The notes beneath the pieces are model-generated. The model was not told where the DNA came from, made no database searches, and saw nothing but the letters and a program-made list of their open reading frames with translations. Below are positions 28,079-43,537 of a stretch of 64,000 bases of DNA, piece by piece. The stretch is from Piromyces finnis finn (Eukaryota > Fungi > Neocallimastigomycota), in contig MCFH01000015.1 in assembly GCA_002104945.1 (NCBI GenBank), forward strand, positions 496,001 to 560,000. The letters run 5' to 3'. Numbering within the stretch: the stretch's first letter is position 1; the number at the start of each line of letters is the position of its first letter. Position numbers and translations under genes: made by a program.

Positions 28079-31000
28079 TTATGCAAGAGCAAAATGTTCA
28101 AGTTGAATATGAAGGGAAGCAATAATATCTTTTAAAAATTCCATTAAAGTAATAGTATTTTTAATTGTTGGTACTTTGAACATATTTAAAAGATCTTGAC
28201 GTGAAGAAGCATCCATAGATTGAAGAAGGGCTTCAAATTCCTGAGAAATATTTTTTGTTGAATCTTCATCTACATAATCCAAGAAACCATCGTAGTTACA
28301 AATATTACTTATATCTACAGCAGATTCCAATGTAATATAAGAACTTTTACCTCTATATTTAATGTTTTCTTGAATATCTTTTACTTTTTCATACATTGAA
28401 ATGTAAAGATTATTAATTCTAGGAGATGTTTTGATAATTTTATAATAATCATTAATTCTTTGAATATGATGTTGGATGATAGTAAAGAGTGATCGACAAT
28501 TCTCGCCATTTGGAAGTATCTGATCATTCATAATTAAATATTGATAAAGGAAGAGGTGATCTGCACTAGTAAAAAGTTGATGGAAAACACCAGATAAAAC
28601 AAGATTAATTTCATAGGAATTTTCTAACCAGTTTTCAACAAGATTAAGAAGACATTGAAGAAGTTGATTATTTTGGAAACCAGCCATAATGGAAATAATA
28701 TCATCAATCTTTTCTTTATCCAATAATTTAATTACATCACTACTATTATTAATTTTTCCTTTACTCTTTGTTGCTGGAGAAGAATTATTCAATGTATTTG
28801 GCATTTTAACATATTGAGAAATATCAATGGAGGAGGAATCATTAGAATTGAAGGATAATAATTTTAATGGATTAGAAAATATTGAATGGAAGGCTTTTTC
28901 AACAGATTGATTATAACCAATAGAAGAACTGACATCCAAAAGATAAGGATAAATAAAAACTCTAGAATTAATGTTTGGAAGTTCAAGACTCTTAAAAAGT
29001 TTTAAGTAACGACCTTCTTGTAATTCATCCATACTTATTTGATCAAATCCAACACCACTAATAAACTTTTGATTAATTTGATTGAAATTCATTTGAAAAA
29101 CTTTTTTAAAGTGATAAACTGAATGGAAAAGCTTTCTATATTCCATTTCAAGTTCCTTTACTCTATCAAAATTAGTATCAGTTTTGATACTCTTAACATC
29201 AATATCCTGATTGCTAGATGAAATATCTATAGATGAAGAAATATTTTGGCATTGGTTTACCTTTTCTTGGGAATAGAAATAACATGGGAATAATTTATGG
29301 GTTGCAATGAAATTTTGTTTATTCAATAAAATAGCAAGCAATTGTAAAGAAACAAGGCGTAAACCATTACTTTCACCAGTTAATCTTGGTATAATATAAC
29401 TATATAAATTTTTATGATAGTTTATGGTATCCTTAGAGTTTTCACAAATAGCTGCTAAATTAATTTCAGATACAGCATAATGAGCAAGGGCTGATTCTTT
29501 TTCATGATGAAATTGAACCTTTCGATCAATTTCACTTATATTTTTAAACTTTTCAATGAAATAATTTGGATTTTTTAATTTTTCTTCAATTTCCTTTGCA
29601 AAAGTTAATGGATTTTCAAATTTTTCAATAGGTGAAATAATTGAATTTAATCTTTTTAATCTTGCACTTGTAAATTTAGTTATTATTTCATCATCATTAA
29701 TGATTTCACATTTATCATACTCTTCATCATTTTCGTTATTTTCGTTATTTTCATTATTTTCATTATTTTCATTATCCTTTTTATCATTTTCTGTTAATGG
29801 TGCTTGTTTTTTTGCAATATCCTGTTCCATGTTAATTTTATGATAATGTTCATATATTGCTTCAATTGACTTAAAGTAATGATCATTATTGTTTGAAATA
29901 TTTTCTGGGAAGAAATTATTTAATAAAAGCTGCGATAAAGCTGGACTTTGTAAATTATTAATTACAAGCTTCAAGTAAAATATATGGCTATAATCTTCCT
30001 CTTTTACTTTTTCAGATGAGAAAAATTGTTTATTTAATATATTTTTAATAAACATATTGTGAATATAGTATAAGAATGAATCAATCATTTTTAAGTTTTT
30101 ACATTCATCAATAATTTTTTGGATAAATTGGAAAATTCTTAAAAATATATTTAATTCATCACTAATAATATGACCTTTAAATGCTTTATTTTTTAAATAA
30201 AATAATTCTTTTTCTTTATCAATTTTTGTTTTTAATATTTCTTTAAATTCTTCACTATCTTTAAATTCTAAATTGTCATTTAAATGATCTATTACATATA
30301 TAAATAATTGAATAATATATATATATATATTTAAAAAAAATGTGAATTTTTCAAATAATTATTGATATTTTTTTTTTAAAAAAAAATACTTATTGGATAC
30401 CTACCAATGATTTGTAAATAGCCTGAATCTTTAAAGGTTGGTAATGCAGCATACGTACCACATAATGAACTAGTAATAACCAATGGAAAGTCATTATCCA
30501 ATAAAAATTTATATAATAAATCACAATCTAATTCTAAAAGAATTGAAATGGCAGTCAATGCATAATCACCTTGGTTACCAGCTTTGAAATAATAATTCAT
30601 TAAATAATTAAATACGAAAAATTCATAATTTGCTCCAAAAGAAGGATCAATATTTTCTGAATCAGCATGAATATGGAAAGGTGAATTATTAGAAAGTGGT
30701 GAAATTACTGATTTTGGGGAAGCAGATGAAAAATAATACGATTCCATTTCCTGACTAGAAATTACATTAATATTATGACTATTATGTTCTTGATTCTTTT
30801 TTGGATACATAAAGAAATTTAAAAGTGTTGGATTTTCATGCATTTTTTGGCACAAGACAAATATTAATTCTTTTAATTTTATTTATTTTAATTATAATAT
30901 AATTATTGTTAGTGTTTAATATTTTTTTGCCATGATTAAATATCCACATGTATATATTTTTATTAATTATTTATTTTTTTCACATTTTTGAGTTTTATTT

Positions 31001-31801
31001 AAAAGAAAGAAAAGAAATTTTATCAAATTAATTTTTATATATTTATATTATTTAATAAGAATCATTATATGAATGTTTTTTTTTTTTTTACCTATCAAAT
31101 AATCTTCATAGAGTTCATTAAGTTTAGGATTAGTTGCTGTCACGTAAATTAATTTATTCATTGATCTTTGAACTGAATGACGAGTTAAAAAGGCCGCATT
31201 GAGTTCACCACATAAATGTGAAAATGATTCAATAACTACTTGTAAAAGACCAAATGGTTGATCTTGTAATGCTGCATCTACAAAGGAACCAAAAATATTA
31301 TTACCTAACATAAATTCCATACAAATGCCTGCTTGATTTGAATGGCTTATACCTTGAAAATGAGGAGAAGCAATAGGACTTGTAGAACTACTACTAATTT
31401 GACGTTCCTCTTTTTCTAAAATATTTAATAATGCTTGAACATGGTTTGGTAAAAGAGTATTTGTAATATAAATTTCTTTATATTCAGGTCCATGATTTCT
31501 ATCAATATATTCCCATATCTATTATAATCCATAATCAACAATATATATATATATAGTAATATATGTTTAATAATTTTTTCCATTATACCTTTTAATAATA
31601 CATACTAATGCTAAAATCAAAATCTACTATAATATAATGATAATGATATATATATGTATATAAATTATGATATAAAAGATAAACCTTTTTTAACTTCAAA
31701 AGATTTTTTTGTTGTGGTGTTAAGGGAACAGTTGATTTCTTTTTTTTAAATCGAATTGATATATCCTTTAACTTTCCCTCAATATCATCTATCATTGACA
31801 T
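28079..31801 (-). CDS. FHIP/FAM160 (FTS-Hook-interacting, RAI16-like) family protein; exons 31801-31685, 31518-31092, 30869-30405, 30288-28079
   Basis: Segments resembling FAM160 blocks from memory: ALQDQPFGLLQVVIESF, ELIFVLCQKMHENPTLLNFF, FFVFNYLMNYY..GNQGDYALTAI, DFPLVITSSLCGTYAALP, LLNLVENWLENSYEINLVLSGVFHQL and KNTITLMEFLKDIIA. Splice phases are consistent. Confidence 0.75.
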
Positions 31802-31960
31802 TTTCCTCTCTTTTTTTCCCTTTATTGAATGTAATAATAAATATATTACTATTAAGTAAATAAAATATTATTTTCTACAGTATAAAGTTTTAATAAATTT
31901 TAAAGTAATATATTAAAATATTAGTTTTTTTTAAAAAAAAAAAAAATAAAAATAAAAAGA

Positions 31961-32005
<45 letters not shown>

Positions 32006-32658
32006 TATAATAGTTTTTGTTGTTGTTTTATTATTGTTAATAGTATTATTAGTTACTATTAAAATATATATAAATTTTATAAACGTGTTTTAACTATTTT
32101 TTAATAAACTTTAATATTAACATTTTTTTTTTTTAATATCTAGACTTTTAAAAAAAGTAATTAATTAATATTAAAGTCAAAAAAAAAATAATAATAAAAA
32201 AGAGAGAGAGAGAAAAGAAAATAAAACTAATAAAATGGAATGAATAATCTATTACTATTTATAATAATTGTTTATTATATAAATTAAACTTTATGATATG
32301 CTTAATAATGCACTTTGATAAAAAAAAAAAAAAAGGTTTATAATAGAAATAAGATTTTAATAAAAATAGAACTTTATTTTTATTAAAGAATTTTTTAATA
32401 ATTAATCATTAACCCATCCACTAACTAACCAACGAAATAAATTTATATTTTTTATAATTTAAAAAAAAAAAAAAAAAAAGGATATTTAAACTTTTTTTTT
32501 AAAAAAAAAAATTGAATTTATTTTCATATATATATACACCAATATTTCTATGATAAATTAAAACATTTAATTTGTTGTTTTAACTTTTAATATATAACAA
32601 TCCATAATAATTATTTAAATAGAATTAGATACATAATCATTATCAATATAATAAAAAA

Positions 32659-34135
32659 ATGACTAAAAGAACTGCTGAACAAGTAACATCAAATAGTGGA
32701 CAACCATCACCTAAAAAGCAAGCAATTCATAAAGAAAAGTCTGAAAAAAATAGAGGAGCATTTATTTTATTAGAAGGTTGTGACCGTTCAGGAAAAACAA
32801 CACAAGCACAACTTTTACTTCAATCATTAAAAGATAAAGGTCAAAATGTAGAATTTGCACGTTTTCCAGGTATATTAACATGTTTAACTTTTTCAATGTT
32901 AAAGAAAATACCAATTTAGAAAAAAATCAATTCAATTTATTTGAATAATACAACTTAAAAAAAATATTATAAGGAATTTAACATTGTTAATAATTTTATA
33001 ACGATTAAAAACAAATTTGAAATTTTCAAAATTAACCTTTTTTTTTTTTCTCTTCTAATATATATACATTATAACATAAAAAGAAAGAAGTTCTGAAATT
33101 GGCAAAGTTATTGACCAATATTTGAAATCAACAACAAATGAAAAGAATTTAAAATCTATGCATTTATTATTTACAGCCAATCGTTGGGAATTAATGTATT
33201 TATCAAAAAATATATATTTTGTTTAATATTATTTCTTAAATTATTATGCCAAAACAATTGTCAAAAGTAAAAAGAGTATTTTAAAAAATAATATCTAAAT
33301 CAATATGAAAAAGGATTAATTTAATTAAAAATGTGTTAAATTGTCAGTTACATTTCATATTATAAAAAACTATAAAATTAACCCAAACTTCATAATTATC
33401 AGATTCAAAACTTTTATTAATTTTGAAATTTCACCCATATACTTTTGAAAAATTAATAATCTATATAGTTAATTACAAATTTAATTTCAAAAGACAACAT
33501 TTACAAGTTCTTTATTAAATAGTTTTAGCATATTCAATAACAAATATTTTATAAATATATATTTTCATTTATTAATATTTTATTTTATAAATTGTAAAAT
33601 TACTTTTTTTACATTAAATATAAAAGGGAAGATATAGTTAAAAAAATAAAAAAAGGAACAACCTATGTAATTGACCGTTATGCCTATTCTGGTATCGTAT
33701 ATTCTATGGCTAATGGATTAGATAAGGAATGGTGTATAAGAATGGAAAGTAATCTTCCAAAACCCGATATTGTCCTCTTTCTCGATTTATCAGTAGAAGA
33801 TGCTGCTAAACGTGGAGAATATGGTAAAGAACGTTATGAAAAGAAGGCTTTCCAACAAAAAGTACGAGACAATTACCATCAATTAATAGAAGATAACTGG
33901 AAAGTAAGAATTGATTATTTTAATCATAAGAAAATAGAAATATATATTATATATTACATATTTTTATTATATAACGATTAAAACTAATTACACATTATTC
34001 TCTATTTTTTATATATAATGTTAATAATAGGTAATTGATGCCACCCAAACTAAAGAAGAAATCGCTAAACAATTATTAGATTTATCATTAAAAACTATAG
34101 AAGAATCAAAAAATAAGCCAATTCAAACTATATAA
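32659..34135 (+). CDS. CDC8: Thymidylate kinase; exons 32659-32869, 33084-33195, 33627-33903, 34031-34135
   Basis: [18 protein letters not shown] (P-loop), [40 protein letters not shown] and GEYGKERYE. Confidence 0.95.
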
Positions 34136-37100
34136 TTATTATTGTTATTATGACAATATTTTCTTTTTTATTTTTATTTTTTTATTTTCACCATAATAAA
34201 TTTTAAAACTTAATTTTATAAATATATATCTTAAAAAAATTAAAATTACAATCTTTTATTTATTCTAAGATATGATGAATAATACCATCTTTAATACATT
34301 TATATTAATTCTTAAATAACGTAAAAATGGTTTTTTAATAAACATACCTAAATATTTTTTTTTTTTTTTTACATTTGAATTTAACATGAATGAAACTATA
34401 TTTTTTCATTACATATACATGTAAATGTTATGATAAAATTAATATGAATTATTCTTGGAATAATATATATCAAAGAATTTAAAAAAAAGATCATACTGTA
34501 ATTTAATTGATACCCTCTTAATAAATAAAAATAATAATAAAAGTATATTAATTCTCTACTTTTTTTTTTTTTTTTGTAATGTTTTAAAAGTATAAATAAT
34601 TTGATTGTTAAAATTCTTGTAAAGAATATTCTATTATTCTCTATTTTTCATATATTTACTTTGATTTTTTTAAAAAAAAAGTTAAATTTGTATGAATGAT
34701 TAGACTTTTAATAATAAAATAACCAAATAAAACATAAAATATAATAACCATTTTAAATAAAAAAAAAAAAAAGATGAATTAAATTATTTGCAATATCATC
34801 TTTATGTTAAAATTAAATTAAAAAGTCATTGGTTCATTGGTGTTTGTATTATTATGTTTTAAAACTATACTATGAATGAAGTGAAATGAACGAAATCATT
34901 ATTATCAAAATTATAATATATTAGTTATTAATGTAATTCAATGTCGAATGAAACGCCCCATGAAATGAAATAACCAAAAGTGAAATGATTATTGAATAAT
35001 TTACATTATTCATTTTAAATAATGTAATTATATATTTCATCATTTCATCAAAAACATTATATTATATATAATAATACTTTAAAATATTTATAGAAATGCT
35101 TTTGATACAGCTATAGATATATATTTAATTTTTGAATACATTTTAATATGTTAAGTATTATATTAATCCTATTTATATATATTCTTCAATAAAGAAGATT
35201 ATAAAAAAAAACAATAATATAAATTATACATGAAGACATACTAAAAAATGATTTATTTAAAAAAAAAAAAAAAACAGAATAGTATATAGTATATTTAGTG
35301 TTAAGCCTTAAATTCCATTTTATAATATATTATCCATTTATTAAATGCACAGTATATACATTTTATTTCATTTTAATTATTTAAAAAACGGATAAAGTTT
35401 ATTATCAAAGGACATTTATTTTAAGATTTAGGTATTAAGATATAATCACAACTACTAAACATGAATGGTCAAATAATAATTGCTATAAGAATATAATTAT
35501 ATAGAAATATTTGAAACATATAAAGATGCAACAAATATAAATATATATACATAATAAAATAAACTTTTTAAAAAAAATACACAAAAAATATAAATTTAAA
35601 CTTTTACTTTTTTTTCCATTTCTGTAAAAAAAATACAGAAATTTTAAAACTATATATAAAAAAAGTAATTAATAAAAAAAATTTTTTTTAAAAAAAAAGC
35701 ACACTACATTAATTAAAAATGACTATTTATCATCAATGCATTTAGATTATATATTTATTTCAATTACCTTTTTTTTTTTTAAATAAAAAATAATAAATTA
35801 TGACTTTTATATTTAGGATGAGTAATAGCTTAAAATAAATATATTAATATAACTGAAAATTTTTATTGAGTGCTCATACAAACGCATTATAAAATTACTC
35901 TAAATTTATATATCTATTTCTTGTTTATTCAATTTCCATATTATATATATTTTATTAGATCATTTCAAAATTTATTCTTTTTATAATATTAAAAAAAATA
36001 AAAGTTAAACGACAATTAGATTTTAAATGAGCCTTTAAAAAAAAAAAAAAATTGGAAATATTGATAATTATTTTTGGCATATTAAATAGATGCATGCATT
36101 TCATTTCTATTTTAAATAAATGATCCTTTCCATATTAATATATGCAATACATTATAATGTATACAATATAGTGAACTTACGTAAATCTAAATTACTATTT
36201 TACTTATTATTTTCTATAAAAAAAAGAGAGAAAAAATATTAATAGAAAGTATACATAAAAAGAAATTTTAAAAGAAAATGAAATTTAAAAAAAAGTATAT
36301 AAATATGGAATAAATTTCGCATTTATTTTTATATAAATTGTTATAAAACAAGATATCAATTATACTCATTATATTGTGATATAATACTAGTTTTTCTTTT
36401 TAAAATAATCCCATTCTAATAAATATAGGAAAAAAAAAGGCATTTTGTCATTGATTTGATCAAAAAAACTAAAAAGTAATAATATTTATATATATAAAAT
36501 ATTGATGAGAATAGCTATTTTATAAAGTGAACTTCAAGAAATAATATCACGTGATTTATGTTATTTTAATAAGATTTAAAGTTTCAGATATCTCTATTTT
36601 ATATTTATTTTTTCCACTCTTCATGAATTCTAATGAAATGAACCAAAAACAATTTTCTTTGCCTTTTTTCCATTTTTATATATTTTTAAGTGGTTTTTAT
36701 TGTTATTTATTTTTCTATTTATATCTATTATACTTTAAAAAAGAATCTAAAATTACTAACTAATCGTAGCATAATTCTTTCTTGAATAATACATTTTATT
36801 AAAATTGATACAAATGTAAATACATTTTGATAAAGATAAAAAAAATTTTAAGGTTTTTATAATTATCATTTTCTGTATTTTTTATAAATTTAAGATATGA
36901 AAATTATTTAAAGATTTAATTAAAAAAAAAGAAATAAAAAAGTAAGAAAAAAAAAAATTGATGAAATCACAAAAAAATAAACTTAAAAAAAGAGAAAGTA
37001 GATATTCTATTAAAAATAAAGTTTAAAAACTATATAATTGACATTAATAATCAATATAAAATATAAAATATACCTTAATTTTAGATTTAAATATTGTATA

Positions 37101-38248
37101 AATCGACTTTAAAAGAGTTGATTTTAGAGTATTATAAACTAATGGAATTTATATTAAGTGTTAATTTTGAGTATTATTATTATATAAACTAATGGAATCT
37201 ATCTAGTCTATGTATTACATTAGATTTCAATATATCATAACATAATAATAAATACATCAACAATATGAAATTTTAATATTTATTTTATATATTATTATTG
37301 TTTAAATTACATATATAATAGGGACAGACCATGAAAATAAAGTTATTGATATATTAAAAAAAAAAAAATAACGATCATAACCAATAGTTACAACAAGTCT
37401 TAAATACACATTGTTAAAGTTACATATATTGGTTTATTTTAATTTAAAAGGAGAACCTTTAAAAAAAATTTAGTTGGTGTAAAATGTTTATTTATTATCC
37501 TTTTTTTATAATTATTATTTATTATTTATTTATTTATTTATTTATTTATTATTAATATATAAAATTCAAAATGTAATAGATATTATAAATAATTAAATTA
37601 ATAATGTTACATATTTAAATAGCATACTTTTTATTATATGTTAATTGAGAAAGCACAAAGATTTCATATACTATAAAAATGCTTCTAAAATTAAAATACC
37701 TAATAATATAATACATTATGTTCATACACTGTTTTCTTTTAACTATCGTAGCTATCGTATTATGTATCTCCCATCTACAAAAATAATTCTAATAGTACCC
37801 TTTTTTTTTTTTTTTGAGAATTGCTACCATCGCAGTATTTTGACCATCAACTCTTTATATAAAAATTATTTTATAATCGAATTCAAAGAATTAAAATGGT
37901 CATCTATATTTTTTTTTATTTCATACAATACATCAAAAGTAGACTTTTTTAAAAAAAAAATAGTCATCACCATTAGCAATAATGACTTATATATTTGTAG
38001 GTCATGTATAATATATATTTATTAATAAAGATAAAGTATATTTAAATTGAATAAAACTCTATTGACTAATTTATTAATTAATCAAATTTAATTAAATAAA
38101 TTTTTAATTAAAAATTAAAATTTTTTGATTTATATAGAATAATATATAAGCAATTTATTAAAGTTTTTTTATGGTATAATGGCTCTATAAATAAATAATA
38201 TCACATTCCCTTAGATTATTTATTAAAATTATCCATCTCAATATATAG

Positions 38249-38659
38249 GGAATATATTAAGCGCAGAACAAGCTTATAAAATGATAAATGATAGCATAAA
38301 TTGTTACATCCAATAGTATGTACTGTAAAAAGCATTCATTCAAATCAAACGAACTAATAAATAATAATATAAAGTATAGTAAATAGCAATTATTAATAAT
38401 AATTAAAAACATAAAATATAGTAAATAGTAATTATTGATAATAATTAATAATTATAACAAATAATTATAATAATAATAACTATTAAAATGAATTAAATAA
38501 AAATAATCAAATATTATTAATTTATTAAATTTATTTTTAAAATGACCTTTTCTCATTTATTATTCCCTAATTAATATACCCATAAATAGTAGGACTCATG
38601 AAAATATACTTACCACTATTAAAGAGTATATATTTATGATCAATAATCGCAATGAATAA
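38249..38659 (+). other. Possible terminal two exons of an unannotated or decayed spliced gene (38249-38315, 38590-38659)
   Basis: Acceptor ATATAG|, donor |GTATGT, branch CCTAAT 18 nt before ATAG|. The phase-2 join gives NILSAEQAYKMINDSINCYIQYRTHENILTTIKEYIFMINNRNE*. No homology recognised. Confidence 0.3.
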
Positions 38660-40947
38660 TATATGTAAATAATAACTACCTAGATAAAATTATATTCCGT
38701 TATTACCTCTAATATCAATACTTTTTTTATTACAAATAATATTATTACGAATGTATTTTTGTTGTTTTTGACATTTTATATTTATTAAAATATAAATTAA
38801 AATAATAATTAGTATATTATAAATTGATTAAATATAATACATATTACATTATTGAATAAATATTACTATTACATAACTAGCATATAGCATTACTATTGTT
38901 GTTGTTATAAATAAAAGTATATTATTATTTCTTTAATATTAATTAATGTAATTAAAGAAATTCATTATTTTATTTAAAAAAAAGATATTAGTATTATTGT
39001 TTATTTAATAATAATAGAATGACAATAGTTTATTAAGAAAAAAGAAAAGCAATTAAGATCATTTGATCCATACTATTAATCTTTTTTAGAAAATAAATTT
39101 TATAATAATGAAATAGATATAAATTCATTATTTCTTTTTTTACAACATAACCTTTTTTAACAATATTACAATACAGCTTTTTGATTTAGCTTCCCCTCCC
39201 CCATTAAGCTTTTTCATCATCATCACGTCTTGTGTGTTATAAAAAAAATTATTTATTCGAGTTAAATATTCGGGTAATTAAAATAAAAATTCAACTATTT
39301 ATTTAATTATTTATTTACTTTTATTAAGTTATTTATTTAATTATATAATATATATTCAATTATATATTCAATTTAAAATTTCAATTGATTAAAAATTATT
39401 TATTAAAAATTTTTAATTAAATTTTTACTTTAAAAATTTATAATATATTACAATGTACTATAATATATTATGTTTTGTCAATGATTATTAAATAGATACT
39501 AAAAATAGTTAAAATTACTTCAATGTAAAACAATAAAATTCAATTGTATTAATTTATTAATTACATATATTGCACTATACTATAATATATAAAGAATTCT
39601 TTAATTAAATTTTTGATTTGATATTGTAATTCAAATAGTAAAAAGTAAAGGAAACAAAAAATACTTCATCACCTACAATACATTGTAATATATCCATTGC
39701 AATACACAATTAGTATTATAATTAATATTATTTTTAGAGTTGAACATTTAGATATATTAAATAAAAAAAAATAATTATTTGAGTGTCAAATGCTTTCTTT
39801 CATATTAAAAGGATGAATGAATTGAATAAATATAAAATCATTATATTTTAATATATAGTATTTATAAATATAATTAAATTGAATGGTTCTTTTTGATCAA
39901 AAACTTTGGTAATTAGAAAAGTTGAATCATAGTTATAAAAAAAATGGTCTATTCATGTCAATACCAAAAAAAAGATTAATAGAAAAAAGGTCAAAACATA
40001 TTTAATTAAAATAATTAGTTTATTACAACAATTCACTTTCACCTTTTTTCTTCCTTGCCAGTATTAGTAGTGGAATAGATTAAAAAAAAGAATAATTATG
40101 GCTCGTCGATACATAGTCTATTAATTAATTAATCTGGTAATAATTAAAATGATAGAATATATTATATAATATATATTAATATATTAGGACTATATATTAT
40201 AATACTATCTAAATATTGATTATATTATTGTAATATATTATATTCCAATTAAAAATGTATTCTACATCTATTTTATCATATATTATTTTATCATGAATTA
40301 ATATATTTAATTAATTAAAAATTTTGAAAATTACAACAGATAATTTTGAATTTATTATTTATGGAAATTAAATGAATAAATATATAATTATTTAAATAAA
40401 TATTGTAGAAATAATTAAAAAAAAAATAAATTTAAAGATTACGACATTTTTCTTTTCCTTCCATCAATGGAAATAAATTTTTAGGTAATAAAAAATTTTT
40501 AATATATGAAATTTAATTAAAAAAATAAACAATAATTAATTAGAAAATTTTTCGAAAAGGTATAAATAAAAGGTTTTATTCTTTTGTTTTCTTTTTTTTT
40601 TTTTTTACTTTTCTACTTTACTTTTAAAAATATACTTTATTTTTACTATAAAATAAAAATATTATTAATAGATAAAAATAATAATAGATTATTTTTTTTA
40701 TTAGTAAATTGTATAGAAATATAAATATTTAATTTTTTAGTAAAAACAAAATCTAAACTATTTATTTGTAAAGTATTAAAAGATAAAAAAAAAAAAGAAC
40801 ATAATAATATAGTGTATTTTAATGAAAAAAATTTCAATAAAAAAATAGACAAAAGAAAAATTGTTATTAGATAAGAAATACTAATTAAATAAATATTAAA
40901 CTTTTTAAAAAAAAATAGGTACAAAAACTATATAATAATTAATAAAA

Positions 40948-43145
40948 ATGTCTCTTCCAGGAACTCCATACAACGGTGGTCAATTCGAACGTGTTCGTTC
41001 TCTCTCTGTTACTGTAAGTTTTTATAGTAAATAAAATATAAATATTTGTTTAAGCATATTATTAAAGTTTTATTTCTTCTTCAATTAAACCTAGGGTTTT
41101 GAAGCCAACACTATCAGTGTTGCCTCTAAGCAACTCAGAATTGAACTTGATAGATTAGCTAGCATGATTTCCAATGATGAAAAGCGTGCTGTAAGTGAAC
41201 GAGCATTTTTAACAAAAGACAAAGATTTATTAAAAAAAATGGATATATTAAAATTGGAATGGTCTTTTTTTTTAGTATAATTAACAATTATTTTTATGAT
41301 ACATAATAAATAGGCTTTTGAAAATGAAATGGATAATTTCTATGCTTTATTCAAGAGATACCTTCAAGAAAAGACTTCTACTAAGAAATTGTAAGTTTTT
41401 ACTTTTTCTTAAACTTTAAAATTTATTAAAAATAAAAAAATAATAGAAATAATAGATAAGACAGTATATTAAGATGGTATATTACATTATATATGAACTA
41501 TTATTATGAATTCATAAATATTGTTTATTTTTAATTATAGAAAAATTAAAATTGATAGATAGAAAATAGTATGTAATATATCAAAAATGGTTTAATTAAA
41601 ATTAAGTAGTAATAAAATTAGCCAATAAAATTAAATGATTTATTTTAAAAAGTAACATCCATAATTAAATTTCTCGTAATTCATTGGTCAAATAATTCGT
41701 CATATGATAAAAATAAAAGTCATGAATGATACAATAGAAAAATAAAAGAAATTAAAATTAGGAATATGATAAGATAAAATTAATTAGTCAATAAAGACAT
41801 TTGGTTTTAACATATTATTTAATATATATGTAATTATAAATAAATATATGTATTTAACAGAGATTGGGATGTTATCAAGTCTCCAAATTCTGAAGAAATT
41901 ATTCCATACAAGAATTTAATAAAATGTTCCGAATCCAAGGAAAAGGAAATTTTAAATAAGCTTGCTGTCTTAAAACTTAATGGTGGTTTAGGTACTACTA
42001 TGGGTTGTGTTGGTCCAAAGAGTGCTATTGAAGTTAGAGATAACATGACTTTCCTTGATTTAACTGTCAGACAAATTGAATACTTAAACGAACAAAACGG
42101 TGTTAACGTTCCATTCATTTTAATGAACTCTTTCAACACTGATGATGAAACTAAGCGTATTGTTCAAAAGTACACTGGTCACAATGTCAATATCTTAACC
42201 TTCAACCAATCTCGTTTCCCTAGAATTAGCAAGGATTCTCTCCTTCCACTTACTCACGACCCAGAAGGTAAACTTTCTTACTGGTACCCACCAGGTCACG
42301 GTGACTTGTTCGAATCTTTATACAACTCTGGTGTCTTAGACCGTCTTATTGCTGATGGTAAGGAATACATTTTCATCTCTAACGTCGATAACCTTGGTGC
42401 TACTGTTGATACTTCTATCTTAAACCACATGATTGAAACTGATGCTGAATTCATCATGGAAGTTACCGATAAGACTCGTGCTGATGTTAAGGGTGGTACT
42501 TTAATTGATTACAACGGTCAAGTTAGATTACTTGAAATTGCTCAAGTTCCATCCGAACATGTTGATGACTTCAAGTCTGTCAAGAAGTTCAAGATTTTCA
42601 ACACCAACAACTTATGGATCTCCTTAAAGGCTCTTAAGCGTGTTATGGAAGACAATGAATTAAACCTTGATTTAATTGTTAACAACAAGACTTTAGAAAC
42701 TGGTGAAAAGGTTATCCAATTAGAAACTGCCGTTGGTGCCGCCATCAAGCACTTCAAGAAGTCTCATGGTGTTAACGTTCCAAGAAAGCGTTTCTTACCA
42801 GTCAAGAGTACTTCTGATCTTTTCCTTGTTACCTCTGATTTATACAAGCTTCAACATGGTGAACTTATCATGAATCCACAAAGAATGTTCAACTCTGTTC
42901 CATTAGTTAAGTTAGGTGACCACTTCAAGAAGGTCGGTGACTTCTTAAAGCGTTTCCAAAAGCCACCACACATTTTAGAATTAGATCACTTAACTGTTAC
43001 TGGTGATGTTACTTTTGGTAGAGATGTTCAACTTCGTGGTACTGTTATTATTGTTGCCAACCATGGTTCCAGAATTGATATTCCATCTGGTGCTATCTTA
43101 GAAAACAAGGTTGTCTCTGGTAACCTTCGTATTCTTGATCATTAA
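40948..43145 (+). CDS. UGP1: UTP-glucose-1-phosphate uridylyltransferase; exons 40948-41013, 41095-41190, 41314-41390, 41861-43145
   Basis: [66 protein letters not shown] and [11 protein letters not shown]. Strong codon bias indicates high expression. Confidence 0.97.
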
Positions 43146-43505
43146 GGGAATAGTCATATATCGAATCACTTAATTTTAGATCTTTTGTACAAAAAAAAAA
43201 AAAGCACTATTTTTTATAATTATTTAAGTTTTTTACAAGCAAAAAAAAATTAAAAAAATATCATATTTTCAGTTATTTTATGTGCCCAATAATTGAGTAT
43301 TATATTAAAAAATGGTATTCAGTTATATTGTAAAAAAAAAAATACCACACACAACAAGAAATAATTACAAAAAATGATATAATCACTTTTGCGTATATAC
43401 ACACAAAATAATAATAATATATTTATTATTTGAAATAATCAATAATTTTAATCCAAGGAAAATCATAAATTTCTAATAATTACTAAAAGTCAATTCATGT
43501 TTAAT

Positions 43506-43537
<32 letters not shown>

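Noticed and set aside
19464-31801. Kinesin-14, derlin and FHIP as a trafficking gene cluster
   Set aside because: Different pathways (spindle, ERAD, dynein-endosome adaptor); adjacency alone is not evidence.
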